A DNA stretch of 64,000 nt from an uncultured bacterium (GCA_963749495.1 CAVVMW010000004.1:640001-704000), one strand, 5' to 3'. Positions 10,334 through 21,281 are shown, counted from the stretch's first letter. Notes: generated by a model from the sequence alone, not told the origin. Program-made: numbers and translations.

Positions 10334-10855
10334 TCAGAAGATCGATCGCACCACACCGCCTTCGGCCCGCAGGGCGGCCCCATTGATCGCGGACGCGAGC
10401 GGACTGGCCACAAAGACGACCAACGCCGCCACTTCATCGGTCGTGGCAAACCGCCGCAACAGCGAGCTTGGCCGCACGGACTGGAAGAACTCCTGCTCGA
10501 CCTGCGGAGGGGTGATCTGCTTCGTCCTGGACATGTCGGCGATGAATTCGCCGACCCCCTCGGACCGGGTCGGGCCGGCCAGAACCGTGTTCACAGTTTT
10601 GTTCGTGCCGGCGGTGGTCTCGGCCAGGCCCCGCCCCAGGGCGACCTGCATGGTCTTGGTGACCCCATAATGAATCATCTCCATGGAAGATGATTCGCCC
10701 CGAATTCCTGGCCCGCATGCGCGGCAGGTAGTGGCGGGAAAGGCGGACGCCGCTGAGGAAGTTTGTCTCGATGATCGCCAGCCAATCCGTGTCGGCGATC
10801 TCCTCGAATGGCTTGGGTTCATAGACGCCCAGGTTGTTGACGAGGATATAGATTT
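10334..10855 (-). pseudogene. Short-chain dehydrogenase fragment
   Basis: ILVNNLG...GRIIF in one frame; EMIHYGVTK (YxxxK)...GAALRAEGG in another. The N-terminal Rossmann motif is missing and there is an internal deletion or frameshift. Confidence 0.75.
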
Positions 10856-11603
10856 CCCTAGCGTAGAGGAGATTCAAAAGGCCGTAAAAGAATATGTTGA
10901 GGTTGAATGCGGCGGTAAGTGGCCCTCGGATGCATGGTTTGATCTTGGCGAGCACTGGTCTGTCAACGTGTGGAACGAGGATGGTTGTCGGCGGATCACC
11001 ATGTATCACGATTTCATCAATCGATCTGGTTATCGCCAAACCTACACTTTCGCCGGCATCACCATCCAGTAATCTTCAAGATTAAGCCTCTGCCCTTCTT
11101 GCGAGAGACATCATTGCATGGCGAAGAAGAGCCTGAGCAAATATGCCGAATCGCTGGCAGCCTTAAACGCTCGCTGAGTTCGTATCTCTGTCAGGGGACT
11201 CACGGCGGTGGCTTAGATCAGCCAAGACTCTGGATTTTCTAGGGGAGTTCGGTGTGGCCACCCTCCCCAACGGAGGGAGACAAACCCGATCATGAAGACT
11301 CGGCCGGCTTCGATAGGTGGGCGCAATGGGCTGCCGATCATCCCAATGTGGGCTTGGGGAGCTCGAGGAAGGGCTTGTCGAGAACTGAGGTCCTTGGGAA
11401 ATCGCCAGCGGCTGGCGTCATGCGCACAAAGCCCATATCGCGCCGGTAAATGCCATCCACAGGCCCCTCGCTGGTGCCTGCAGCAGCAAGAACATGGTCA
11501 CGCCGCCTTGGGCAGTTCAGCTTCATGCGGGGGCACGAGGATCTCCCCGTCCGCTTCGACCTTGGAGTTGGCTGCCTTGAGGCGCGGAACATGACGGCGA
11601 CGA

Positions 11604-13352
11604 TCACGTGGCACCACGTTTTGCGAGTTGTTCTTCCATCCAAGTCAAGTCCTCTTTTAAATCGGCCATGCCTGTCTGGTGGACTCCGGCGCGGAGGAGG
11701 GCTTCCGCCAGGCGCAGGGCCTCCAAAGCGGCGACCTCTTCGCCCAGGGCAACCAGAGCGCGGGCGCGATTTCCCGCCAGACGCGCCCAATTGCCGAGCA
11801 CCTCCCGCCTCCCGTGTTGGGTGAGCAAGGCCCCCACGATCGCGATCGCCCGATCGTAGCGCAGGACCGCGCCCCGGAGGTCATTCAGCGCGTAGAACGT
11901 GTTGGCATGGATCAGGTAAGCGTCAGTGAGGGCGTCAGCCAGTTCGTGGCTGCCCTTGCGGATGACCAGCCGCCGCCAAATTGAGATCGCCTTGCGGGCG
12001 TTCGTCCGGAGGCCGCGATAGTCTTCCAGATCCAGCAGGGCGTCGGCCTTGGTCACGTATGCCTTAGCCAGAGCGTTAGCCAGGTCGAGACGCCCTTCCC
12101 CGTCAACCAGGTGCTCCAGTATCGAAATCGCCTGATCGGATGCCAACACGGCGTGGTCGCTGTCACCCAGGGAGATTAATGCACGTGCCTTCTTCGCATA
12201 GGAAGCGGCCAAGTCATCGGAAAACTCGCGGCGGCCTTCCCGCTTCACTAGGCGCTCCTGAATTTCGATCGCTCGGTCCCACAGCTCCACCGCGATCCCG
12301 TTGTCACCGATAGTTTTGACCAGTTCGGCCTCCTCTGAGAGGGCTCGCGCCAGGACGTTGGCCAGCTCGCCATGGCCCTGGTAGCGGACGAGGGTCTCGA
12401 GGGTGGCTGTCGCCTTACCCTGCAGCACCAACGCACCCCGGGTGTCGCCCAAAAGGGCGAGCGCTGCGGCTTTCTCCATGAAGGCCTTCGCCAAATCGTA
12501 ATACGGCTCGTTGTGGACTTCCTGGCAGACTAGGCGCTTGAGGATCTCGATAGCACGGTCGCAAACCGCAACCGCACTGGCGTGGTCTCCCAGGGCGGCG
12601 ATCCCCGCTGCCCTGTCCAGGTAGGCTGTCGCCAGGCGATCAGCCCACCGGCTGCGGCACTCGGGATTGTCCAGGCCTTCGAAGATGGTGATTACACGGT
12701 CGTTGAGCACGAGTGCCTTAAGCTCGTCGCCCAGCTCGCGGACCACCCTGGCCTGATTCGAAAAAGCTAAGGCCAGCATAGGGGCGAGTTCACGACGCCC
12801 TTGCCGCTCGACCAGCCCCTCCAGAATAGTAACCGCTTGAGAGCCGACGGCCAACGCGCCTGATCTGTCGCCCAGACTGTGGAGCGCCTCGGCCTTGTTG
12901 ACGTAAATCGACGCCAAGCAGGGGAGTAACTCAAGGTGGCCCTCCTGCTTGACCCTCGGTTCCAGCATCGTGATGATTTGATCGTATTCTTCGCTTGCGC
13001 CCGGCAGGTTCCCGGCGGTCCTGTGGACCAGGGCCTTTTCCAGACACAGCTGGATGAGGTCGCTCTCCAGCTCCCCTCGCCCCTCGCCGACCAGTGGTGA
13101 ATACAGGCGTTTGGCTTCGTCATACGCCGCGAGCTTCACCACCAACTCCCCTTGGAAAACGTTCGCCAGTTGGGCCACCATCGGCCCCGCCTCCGCCGGA
13201 TCGCGGCCAGCAGCCCGCAAGCCCTGCTCCAGCCACTTTCTTGGGTCCGCCCATTTGGCGCCCATCGCGATGAGTTCGCGCACCCGCACCGCGCCCCCGA
13301 GCCAGTCCGCGACGGTGGCGTTCTGATTGTCCATTGTTTTCTTATGCTTCAT
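11604..13352 (-). CDS. Tetratricopeptide-like repeat protein
   Basis: About 8 helical repeats of ~51 aa (LA.AY..KA.AL..LGD...A....D.AI.ILE.LV...G..EL). Confidence 0.8.
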   Translation of the reverse strand: MKHKKTMDNQNATVADWLGGAVRVRELIAMGAKWADPRKWLEQGLRAAGRDPAEAGPMVAQLANVFQGELVVKLAAYDEAKRLYSPLVGEGRGELESDLIQLCLEKALVHRTAGNLPGASEEYDQIITMLEPRVKQEGHLELLPCLASIYVNKAEALHSLGDRSGALAVGSQAVTILEGLVERQGRRELAPMLALAFSNQARVVRELGDELKALVLNDRVITIFEGLDNPECRSRWADRLATAYLDRAAGIAALGDHASAVAVCDRAIEILKRLVCQEVHNEPYYDLAKAFMEKAAALALLGDTRGALVLQGKATATLETLVRYQGHGELANVLARALSEEAELVKTIGDNGIAVELWDRAIEIQERLVKREGRREFSDDLAASYAKKARALISLGDSDHAVLASDQAISILEHLVDGEGRLDLANALAKAYVTKADALLDLEDYRGLRTNARKAISIWRRLVIRKGSHELADALTDAYLIHANTFYALNDLRGAVLRYDRAIAIVGALLTQHGRREVLGNWARLAGNRARALVALGEEVAALEALRLAEALLRAGVHQTGMADLKEDLTWMEEQLAKRGAT

Positions 13353-13484
13353 AGTCTGAGGTTGGTTGCGAACGTTCGTTCCCGGATTGCAACCCGCACC
13401 GGCCGAAGCCGGTGGCGGGATGCTTGGATATTGGTTGGCGCCGCCGGATGTGCGTGTTCTTCATAGCTTGCTCTTGCTGCTGCA

Positions 13485-14609
13485 TCAGCCCGCAGCCGTG
13501 TTCGACGGGGAGTGCTCAGGGAGCCTCGCCGCCGTAATCGCCGTCCCGGAGGCGCCGAATTCAACCTGTAACAAGTTTTTCGCCGCCAGATCCTCGTAGT
13601 CCTCCAGGGAAGGGACTGAGACCTGGGCGCGCTTCGCGTATGCGCGGTGGACCGCCTTGGAGTTGTGGCCCAGCGCCTCCTCGGCGGCGCGGCGCGGATA
13701 GCCAGATTTCCGCGCCCGCTCCGCCCAGGCGTAGCGGTAGGAGTGCAAGGTGACGCCCTTGATCCCGAGCCCCTGGCAGCGCTGCTTGAACTCCGTTGCG
13801 CGGTCCGCCGCCCGAACGGTCCGCAGGTAGGGGAAGAGCGGCCCGGTTGCCGGCAGGGACCGGAGGACCTCCGCGCATTTCCTGCCGAACTTGATGAGCG
13901 GCGGCTTCACGTCGGTCTCGTCCAGCGACGCCAGCTTCTTCCGGTTGTAGCAGACGGTCCAGTCGGTCCAATCGACGTCCTCCGCTTCGAGCCCCGCGAT
14001 GTCGGACTGCGAGCCGCCCAGGTGCCAGCAGAGCTCGTAAAAGCTGCGCCGCTCCCGGTTCTTTTCGCGCGCGACGATCCTCGCGTGCTCCTCCGGCTTG
14101 ATGGCCCGCTTGTTTTTGAATTTGACCGGGGGCCAGAGCTTCTTGGCCAGGATGGGCCAGGGGAGCCAGTTCATGCCGATGCAGAAGTTGTGCAGCCGGC
14201 GCAGGAAGACGTTCGTGCTCACGGTGCCTGCGGCGAGCGCCTTGAGCAGGTCCTCCGCGCGGGTCTCCAGCACGACCTTGCCCAGAAGCTGCTGGATGGC
14301 CGCGTCCTTGGAGAAAGTTTCCCAGCGGCGGCGGTTTTCGCTGTCAGGGGCTTTCCCCTCGATCACCGCGTCCAGCGCATCGTCCCAGGTCCGGGTGGAA
14401 ACCGCCGGATCCGAGGCGGCCAGGTAAACCCGGGCCTTTTGCAAATTGAACGCCGGCTCACGGGCGGCCTCGTTCTTGGCGACGAGGAGTTCGGTGGCCC
14501 GCGCCTTGTCCTTGGTTTCCAGGCTTTCGCGCTTGCCGTTCTCGCTGTCGTGGAGGTAGTATATCCCCCCGCGGCGGCCGTAGCGGACCAGCCGGTATCG
14601 GTTCTTCAT
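13485..14609 (-). CDS. Tyrosine recombinase/integrase next to tRNA-Cys
   Basis: HSYRY and LGHNS.AVHRAY motifs; lies ~180 bp downstream of the tRNA 3' end. Confidence 0.85.
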   Translation of the reverse strand: MKNRYRLVRYGRRGGIYYLHDSENGKRESLETKDKARATELLVAKNEAAREPAFNLQKARVYLAASDPAVSTRTWDDALDAVIEGKAPDSENRRRWETFSKDAAIQQLLGKVVLETRAEDLLKALAAGTVSTNVFLRRLHNFCIGMNWLPWPILAKKLWPPVKFKNKRAIKPEEHARIVAREKNRERRSFYELCWHLGGSQSDIAGLEAEDVDWTDWTVCYNRKKLASLDETDVKPPLIKFGRKCAEVLRSLPATGPLFPYLRTVRAADRATEFKQRCQGLGIKGVTLHSYRYAWAERARKSGYPRRAAEEALGHNSKAVHRAYAKRAQVSVPSLEDYEDLAAKNLLQVEFGASGTAITAARLPEHSPSNTAAG

Positions 14610-14791
14610 CACTGTCACGCATTAAACGTAACAGCGACCGAGACCGAAGCGTGAGCCCGATGGAGGCGGCTATGCGCCGATTCAGGCGGATTCGTGCCGC
14701 GGGCCCCTTTGGTATCCATTTCGGTAGCCTGCCTACCCCCTCGACCGCCGGAAACCCCGGAAGATGCGCGCCTGTCGGGCGATCCCCCGGA

Positions 14792-14866
14792 TGGAGGCGA
14801 GGGTCGGAATCGAACCGACGCATAAGGCTTTTGCAGAGCCCTGCCTTACCACTTGGCTACCCCGCC
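14792..14866 (-). tRNA. tRNA-Cys(GCA)
   Basis: GGCGGGGTAGCCAAGTGGTAAGGCAGGGCTCTGCAAAAGCCTTATGCGTCGGTTCGATTCCGACCCTCGCCTCCA folds as a cloverleaf with GCA anticodon, T-loop TTCGATT and encoded CCA. Confidence 0.97.
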
Positions 14867-14942
14867 ACGGTCGTCGCTGCCGAAATTAAATCACTTTGGC
14901 CCGGGCGCAAGTCTTTAGTTTTGGTCTGAGCCGTGAGGGTCG

Positions 14943-15362
14943 TCAAGTGATCTTGACCCTCATTTTGCGGATCTTGTCCCGGATGCCGCGGTAAATGGGG
15001 TGCTTGCGGAGGCGGCGGAGGTCGGGGTCCTTGGCCAGCCACTTGAAGTCGCGATAGCCCAGCAGGAGGGCCTTTTCCAGCGCCGCCGCGGCGGCGTCCA
15101 ACTCGCTGTTGAGGGAGTAGCTGCAGGCCAGGTTGTAGAAGACCAGCGGATTGGCCGGTTGCAGCCGGGACAATTGCTGGTCAACCTTCAGGCTGTGCTC
15201 GAACCTGCCCCGCTGGGTGTAGTAGTCCCCGAGGATCTGCAGGGCCTCGATGTAGTGGCTGTCACGGCCGACCAACCCCTCCAGGAAGGAGATCTTAACG
15301 TCCAGATCGCGCACCTCTTTGCGGGTCAACTTCTTACTTTTGGCACTGCTCTTGTCCGGCAT
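14943..15362 (-). CDS. Small TPR-like protein
   Basis: YNLACSYSL...ALEKALLLGYRDF..LAKDPDL motif. Confidence 0.8.
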   Translation of the reverse strand: MPDKSSAKSKKLTRKEVRDLDVKISFLEGLVGRDSHYIEALQILGDYYTQRGRFEHSLKVDQQLSRLQPANPLVFYNLACSYSLNSELDAAAAALEKALLLGYRDFKWLAKDPDLRRLRKHPIYRGIRDKIRKMRVKIT

Positions 15363-15442
15363 ACGACACCGTAGATTCTTTCAGAAATGCACCGCGAGTC
15401 AAGCCGAAGCGCGCAGGGCCAGAGACGCGTCTTTGCGCGATT

Positions 15443-16732
15443 TCATTTTTCCGCCGGATGAGGCGCGTTTGCGCTCGGGCCCGCCGCCCGGCGCAGCAGG
15501 TCCAGGGCCTGCCGGGCGGTGACGTCCTTGAAGGTCTGCCGGTCGTAGGGATTGAAGTGGCGCTCGACCTGGGTGCCGGACGGGCCGGCCAGGGCGATGA
15601 AGACCGTCCCCACGGGCTTGGCCGCGGTGCCGCCTCCGGGGCCGGCGATGCCGGTCACCGCGACGGCATAATCGGCCCCGGTTTGCCTGCGGGCGCCTTC
15701 TGCCATCTGGCGGGCCACCGGTTCGCTGATGGCGCCGTGCCGGTCGAGGGTTTCGGCCTGCACGCCCAGGAACTTTTGTTTGGCGTCGTTGCTGTAGGTG
15801 ACGATTGCCGCCCGCAAAACCGCCGAGGCGCCAGGCACATTGGTCAACCGATGGGCGATGCAGCCGCCGGTGCAGGATTCGGCCAGCGCCAGTGTCCTGG
15901 CCTGCCCGGCCAGCAGATGGACCACCACCGCCTCCAGTTCTTCTTCGTTGCTGGCGTAGAGGTTTGGACCCAGGAGCGCGGTTGCAATGGCTTGGGCTTG
16001 TTTCACGAGATCCTCAGCCTGGGGGCTTCGCGCGGCCAAGCGCACCTTGACCTGGCCGGGCCGCGCACAATAGCCCAGCTCGAGGCCTGCCTTGACCAGT
16101 TCCTGCAATGGACCGCTGATGGCCTGTTCGACCACCGATTCGCCCAGGCCGGTCGTGCTGAGGGTGCGGCAGACGAAATGTTGGGGCGGCAGCACGCGGG
16201 CCAACAGCGGCGCGACTGAATCGTCGAACATGGGCCTCAGTTCCCTGGGCGGGCCGGGCAGCAGGATGAGCCAACTCGGCCGGCCTTGGTTGCGGAAGGG
16301 GTTGGGGGCGATTTCCATGGCCAGGCCCGGCGCCGTGCCATGGTGGTTTTCCAGGACCACCGCTCCCTCCGGCACCAGCGCCTGCGCGCGGGTCCGCTCC
16401 GGCACCGGGCGGCCTCGAGCCTGAAAGAACTGCTCAAGCCGGGCGCGCACAGTGGCGTCTTCGCGCAACGCCCGCCCCAGCATCTGCGCAAGGCATTCCC
16501 GGGTCAGGTCATCCGAGGTCGGGCCCAAGCCGCCGGTGGTAATGAGGAGGTCGGCGCGGCCCAGGGCCTCTCGCACCGCCTGCTGGATCTCCGGACTACT
16601 GTCGCCCACGGCCACCTGGCGGCTGACAACATACCCCAAATCCGCCAGCCTGCGGCACAACCATTGCTGGTGCGTGTTGAGGACTCGGCCCAGCAGCAGT
16701 TCGCTGCCGGTGTTGATGAGTTCGACGTTCAT
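15443..16732 (-). CDS. cinA: Competence/damage-inducible protein CinA (with PncC domain)
   Basis: GSELLLG, TGGLGPTSDDLTRE, LPGPP.E and AESCTGG motifs. Confidence 0.95.
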   Translation of the reverse strand: MNVELINTGSELLLGRVLNTHQQWLCRRLADLGYVVSRQVAVGDSSPEIQQAVREALGRADLLITTGGLGPTSDDLTRECLAQMLGRALREDATVRARLEQFFQARGRPVPERTRAQALVPEGAVVLENHHGTAPGLAMEIAPNPFRNQGRPSWLILLPGPPRELRPMFDDSVAPLLARVLPPQHFVCRTLSTTGLGESVVEQAISGPLQELVKAGLELGYCARPGQVKVRLAARSPQAEDLVKQAQAIATALLGPNLYASNEEELEAVVVHLLAGQARTLALAESCTGGCIAHRLTNVPGASAVLRAAIVTYSNDAKQKFLGVQAETLDRHGAISEPVARQMAEGARRQTGADYAVAVTGIAGPGGGTAAKPVGTVFIALAGPSGTQVERHFNPYDRQTFKDVTARQALDLLRRAAGPSANAPHPAEK

Positions 16733-16777
16733 GGACTCTAGCTTATATCGGGGGCCCGGGGTGTCCAGAGGCACCCG

Positions 16778-16820
16778 GAAGGGACAAAAGCGACAAAAAG
16801 GACAAAAGCGACAAAAGGGA
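16778..16820 (+). repeat. 9-bp tandem array (GGGACAAAA-like)
   Basis: gaagggacaaaagcgacaaaaaggacaaaagcgacaaaaggga; same family as the arms at 30366 and 31734. Confidence 0.8.
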
Positions 16821-16877
16821 TGGACCCCGGGTGTCGGGCCGTTGACTTGGCAGAATGGCCGGCCCTATATTGCCGGC

Positions 16878-17351
16878 ATGGGTGACGCTGCCAAGAAGTC
16901 CGCCAGACAGCGGTTTGTCGAGTTTCTCTCGGAGAAGCGGCTGCGCCTGACGGCTCAGCGGCAGGCCATCATCGAGAGCGCCTTCGGCACCGACCAGCAC
17001 TTTACGGCGGAGCAACTCCTGGAGTGGTCCCGGCGGCGCGACAAGTCGGTCTCGAGGGCCACGGTTTATCGCACCTTGCCGCTGCTCATCCAGAGCGGGC
17101 TGGTTGGCGAGATGGATTTCGGCAAAGACCGCAAGTACTACGACCCGAACTACGCCGAGCACCCGCAGCACAACCACATCATCTGCCTGGAATGTGAGAA
17201 GATCTTCGAGTTCGAGAGCGAGAAGCTCGCGCAATTGGAGAAGGAGCTCAGCCAGCGTCTGGGCTTCTCGGTCCAGACGCGTCGGATGCTGGTGACGGCC
17301 ACGTGCGACGAGTTTCGGAGATTGGGCGCGTGCGGCAAGAGAAGGCGGTAA
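16878..17351 (+). CDS. fur: Fur family transcriptional regulator
   Basis: RLTAQRQAI, HFTAE, SRATVYRTL, HNHIICLEC and a C-terminal Cys. Confidence 0.93.
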   Translation: MGDAAKKSARQRFVEFLSEKRLRLTAQRQAIIESAFGTDQHFTAEQLLEWSRRRDKSVSRATVYRTLPLLIQSGLVGEMDFGKDRKYYDPNYAEHPQHNHIICLECEKIFEFESEKLAQLEKELSQRLGFSVQTRRMLVTATCDEFRRLGACGKRRR

Positions 17352-17355
17352 GGTT

Positions 17356-18195
17356 CTATTTGGACTTGGCGGGCGGGGTCCTGCGGATCTCGGCGTCGAA
17401 GGTGCCGGCGACAAAGCTCCTGGCCTCATCGGGCAAGCAGAGATAAATCCTGCCGGCGATGCGGCCATGGGCGGCCTGGCGGAAGGCCAACCTGAGAGCG
17501 TAACCGGTCAGGAATTCCTCTTTGCTGGGCTGCTGGTCCTCTTTCCACCGCACGGTCACGCGCGGCAGCGGCGGGGCGCGGTTGGATGCGATATCGATGG
17601 ACTTGCCGCTCAATTCCTCGCCTTGGCGGGCAAAGAGATGGACACTGACTCCCATCACGGGCGCGCCGCCGGGCCTGCCCTGGCGGAGGGTCAAGCGGCC
17701 CCCTTGGAGGGTGGCTCGCTCACACAGGAAACCGCAGCCATGAATGTTCCCGGCGGCAACCCCTTCAGGAAAAACCGCGTTGGTCAGGTTGAGCGACCAT
17801 TTGATGTCCGCAGGGATCGGGTAGGCCAGTTGCGGGGGCTGGGGCGTGGAGAATTGCGCGGAGGCCGTGTCCTCGACGAGTTTTTTGCCCCAGAGCAGCC
17901 AGGTGGCGCCGGCCGTCGCGGCGAACAAGAGCAGGAGCGTGGCCGCCTGCCCGAGCCTCTGCGTGAGCGGCCGCTGGCCGGCCAGTCCGTCGCAGGCGCC
18001 TAAGCCGAGCGGGGCGGGCCGCAGATCGGCTGCCTGCGAGGCGGAAAGGATCAGCCTTGTATCCTCGGAAGCCGGCGCCTGCGGCACGACTATCTTCCGA
18101 AAACACGTCGGACACTCGATCGGCTTGCCGCTGGCGCCGGAATCGGTCGTGATATGCTGGCCGCAGATCGGACAGGCAAACTTGAATTCACTCAT
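17356..18195 (-). CDS. Hypothetical membrane protein with N-terminal zinc ribbon
   Basis: MSEFKFACPICGQHI...CPTC followed by one TM helix. Confidence 0.75.
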   Translation of the reverse strand: MSEFKFACPICGQHITTDSGASGKPIECPTCFRKIVVPQAPASEDTRLILSASQAADLRPAPLGLGACDGLAGQRPLTQRLGQAATLLLLFAATAGATWLLWGKKLVEDTASAQFSTPQPPQLAYPIPADIKWSLNLTNAVFPEGVAAGNIHGCGFLCERATLQGGRLTLRQGRPGGAPVMGVSVHLFARQGEELSGKSIDIASNRAPPLPRVTVRWKEDQQPSKEEFLTGYALRLAFRQAAHGRIAGRIYLCLPDEARSFVAGTFDAEIRRTPPAKSK

Positions 18196-18277
18196 CAACA
18201 GATACCCCAGACCTTTAGACCATCCCACAGCCGCCCCGGCACGACAATTCATTTTTCTTCTGAGGGTTTGACCTGCC

Positions 18278-18457
18278 CAGGGCCGTTGACAAAGTCGCTC
18301 GGCCGCCTGTGCGCCAGGGGCGCCAGCGTAGCGCAGGTTTCCAAACCCGCAGGCCGTCCGCAGACCGGGGGCGCTCAACATGTCGACGGCCTGCCGATTG
18401 GAAATCGGCGATACAGCAGGTTTGGAAACCTGCGCTACAACTTTGTTGACGCCCCTG
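18278..18457. mobile_element. MITE-like element containing a GTAG-type REP doublet (copy 1)
   Basis: Imperfect TIR CAGGGCCGTTGACAAAGT...ACTTTGTTGACGCCCCTG; internal GTAGCGCAGGTTTCCAAACC...GGTTTGGAAACCTGCGCTAC; second copy at 61738-61943. Confidence 0.8.
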
Positions 18458-18497
18458 TTGACCTGCCGCGGGCGATTGCCTACATTGTCGGCTCCTT

Positions 18498-20091
18498 ATG
18501 AAAGTGCTCATATGCGACCCGGTTTCGCCGCGCGCAATCGCGGCGTTGGAGCAGCGGCCGGAGTTTGAGGTGGTGGTCCTGCCGCAGCGGCTCTCCGAGG
18601 CGGAGTTGATGCCGGTGGTCAAAGACGTCGTGGCCATGGTGGTGAGGTCGGAAACCAAGGTGACGCGCAAGGTCATCGAGGCGGCGCCGCTGTTGCGAGT
18701 GGTCGGCCGCGCCGGGGTAGGGGTGGACAACGTGGACGTCGAGGCCGCCACGCAGCGCGGGGTGGTGGTCATGAACACGCCCGGGGGCAATACCGTGTCC
18801 ACGGCCGAGCTCTCGTTTGCCATGCTCTTGAGCCTGGCGCGCAAGGTGCCCCTGGCCCATTGCTCGATGGCAGGCGGCAAATGGGACCGCAAGCAGTTCC
18901 AGGGCGTCGAGGTGATGGGCAAGACCCTGGGTGTGCTGGGCCTGGGCCGCATCGGCACCGAGGTGGCGCGGCGCGCCCTGGCCTTCGGCATGCAGGTCCT
19001 GGGCTACGACCCCTTCGTCACAGATGCCCGCGCCAAATCGCTGGGCCTCACCCTGGCGGCGGACCTGGACGAGGTGTACCGCAACGCGGACTTCATCACG
19101 GTACACATGCCCGTCACCGAGCAAACGCGCGGGATGCTCAACGCAGCCGCGTTTGCGAAGATGAAACCCAAGGTCCGCATCATCAATTGCGCTCGAGGTG
19201 GAGATCATTGTCGAGAACGACCTGCTGGCGGCGCTGGATAGCGGCAAGGTGGCCGCGGCGGCGCTGGACGTCTTCCAGACCGAGCCCTTGCCTGCGGGCC
19301 ACCCCTTCCGCAAGCACCCGGGCATCATCCTCACGCCGCACCTGGGCGCCAGCACGGCCGAGGCCCAGGAGAAATGCGGCCTGGAGGTCGCCGAGGTCAT
19401 CGCCGGTTACCTGCTCACGGGCGAGGTGCGCAACGCCGTCAACCTGCCCTACCTGGACGCCAAGACCTACGAGCAGATCCGGCCCTACCTGGTGCTGGGG
19501 GAGAAATTGGGCAGGTTCCTGGCCCAGTTGGCGCCCCAGCAGGTGGACGGCCTCTATATCACTTACGGCGGCAAGGCCAGGGAACTGCCGAATATCGACC
19601 CCGTCACCCGCGCCGTGCTCCTGGGCTTCCTCAGCTCCGTCAAGGACGTCAACAACGTCAACGTCCGCAGCATCGCCTCGACCCTCGGCCTGAACGTCCA
19701 GGAAAAACGCTCCAACGAACCGGTTACCTTCAACGAATGGCTCCACGTCCAGGTGTTCCGCGGCAAGGAAAAGGTCGTCTCGGCCGGCGGCACCTTCTTT
19801 GGCTCGCCCGATAACCCGCGCATCGTGCGCGTGTTCAGCCAGCCGACCGAGATCCTCCCCTCCGGGGTGATCCTCCTCTTGCGCAACAAGGACCGGCCCG
19901 GCATCGTCGGCTACCTGGGCACGCTCATGGGCCGGGCCAAGGTTAATATCGCCAGCATGAGCCTGAGCCGCGATACTCTGGGAGGCTATGCCCTGACCGT
20001 GCTGAACCTGGACAGCGTGCCTCCGCCGCAGGTCCTGGAGGAGATCCAAAGCGACCCCAATATCAGCAATGTCAAAGTGGTCAAACTCTAG
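18498..20091 (+). CDS. serA: D-3-phosphoglycerate dehydrogenase (frameshift near 19200, probably a sequencing error)
   Basis: [29 protein letters not shown] motifs and a C-terminal ACT domain (DRPGIVG). Confidence 0.93.
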
Positions 20092-20119
20092 GCCTCTGAT
20101 AGAATCAAAGATTGAAGTT

Positions 20120-21226
20120 ATGTTTATGATGAAAAAAACGACCCTCTCACTCGTCCTCCTGCTGGGCGTCGCCGCCCTGGCCTGCCGGGGCGCCGCCGCG
20201 CAGACGCCGGCAACCAATGCCGCCGCGCCCCTCAAGCCCGTCAAGCTCTCCGACCTGTTCGAGGACTCGGTCATCGCCAAGGGCAAGGGCTTTGAAGTCA
20301 AGCGCAGCCAGCTCGAGGAGGAACTGACGCGCTTCAAGGCCCGCGCCGCCGCGCAGAACCAGAGAATCAGCCCCGAGCAGATGCCCATGGCTGAGCAAAA
20401 CCTCCTGGAGGACCTGATCCGCCTGGAACTGCTCCGGACCAAGGCCACCCCGGCGGACAAGGAGACCGCCCGGAAAATGGCCGACCAAAAGATGGCGGAG
20501 GCCAGGACCGAACTCGGCTCGGACGAGCGCATGGAGCACCAGCTCAGCGCCATGGGCCTTACACGCCAGGAACTGCTGAGCAAATGGACCGACGCCGCCA
20601 CCGCCGAGACCGTCTTGAAACGCGACCTCAACGTGAACATCACCGACCAGGACGCCAGGAAATTCTACGACGAGAATCCCTCGAAGTTCGAGCAGCCTGA
20701 AATGGTCCGCGCCAGCCACATTCTGCTCATGACCAAGGACCCCAAGACCGGTATGGAGCTGAGCAAGGCGCAACAGGATGCCAAGCGCAAACAGATGGAG
20801 GACATCCTCAAGCGCGCCCGCGCCGGCGAGGACTTCGCCAAGCTGGCCAAGGAATATTCCGAAGACCCCGGGTTGAAGGACAACGGCGGAGAATACACCT
20901 TCCCCCGCGGCCAAATGGTGCGTGAATTCGAAGTCGCCGCCTTCTCGCTCAACACCAACCAGATCAGCGACATCGTCACCACCCAGTTCGGCTACCACAT
21001 CATCAAGCTGAGCGAGAAGATGCCCGCAAAGAAAATCGAACTCGAAAAGGTCCTCAACCGGGTCAAAGACAGCCTCACCCAGCAGGCGATCACAAAACAA
21101 TTCCCCGACTATTACAAGAAGCTCCGCGCCGATGCCAACGTCCAAATCCTCGACGAGCGGCTCAAGCCCAGGGAAAAACCAGCCGACCTGCCGGGGGGGC
21201 CGCTCATCGCGCCGGCGCCAAAATAA
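20120..21226 (+). CDS. Secreted PpiC/parvulin-type peptidyl-prolyl isomerase (PrsA/SurA-like)
   Basis: Signal peptide; RASHIL, FAKLAKEYSED, GQMV.EFE and FGYHII motifs. Confidence 0.92.
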   Translation: MFMMKKTTLSLVLLLGVAALACRGAAAQTPATNAAAPLKPVKLSDLFEDSVIAKGKGFEVKRSQLEEELTRFKARAAAQNQRISPEQMPMAEQNLLEDLIRLELLRTKATPADKETARKMADQKMAEARTELGSDERMEHQLSAMGLTRQELLSKWTDAATAETVLKRDLNVNITDQDARKFYDENPSKFEQPEMVRASHILLMTKDPKTGMELSKAQQDAKRKQMEDILKRARAGEDFAKLAKEYSEDPGLKDNGGEYTFPRGQMVREFEVAAFSLNTNQISDIVTTQFGYHIIKLSEKMPAKKIELEKVLNRVKDSLTQQAITKQFPDYYKKLRADANVQILDERLKPREKPADLPGGPLIAPAPK

Positions 21227-21257
21227 AGGCTAAAGGCTAAAGGCTAAAGGCTAAAGG
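21224..21257 (+). repeat. Heptamer tandem array (TAAAGGC), ~4.9 units
   Basis: Begins exactly at the TAA stop codon of the PPIase gene. Confidence 0.9.
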
Positions 21258-21281
21258 ACGAAGGGCGGGCGCGATCAGCAA

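Noticed and set aside
10860..11600. Possible small genes or ncRNA between the SDR fragment and the TPR gene
   Set aside because: A short plus-strand frame ends at 11072 but has no clear start or recognisable motif, and I see no convincing RNA structure.
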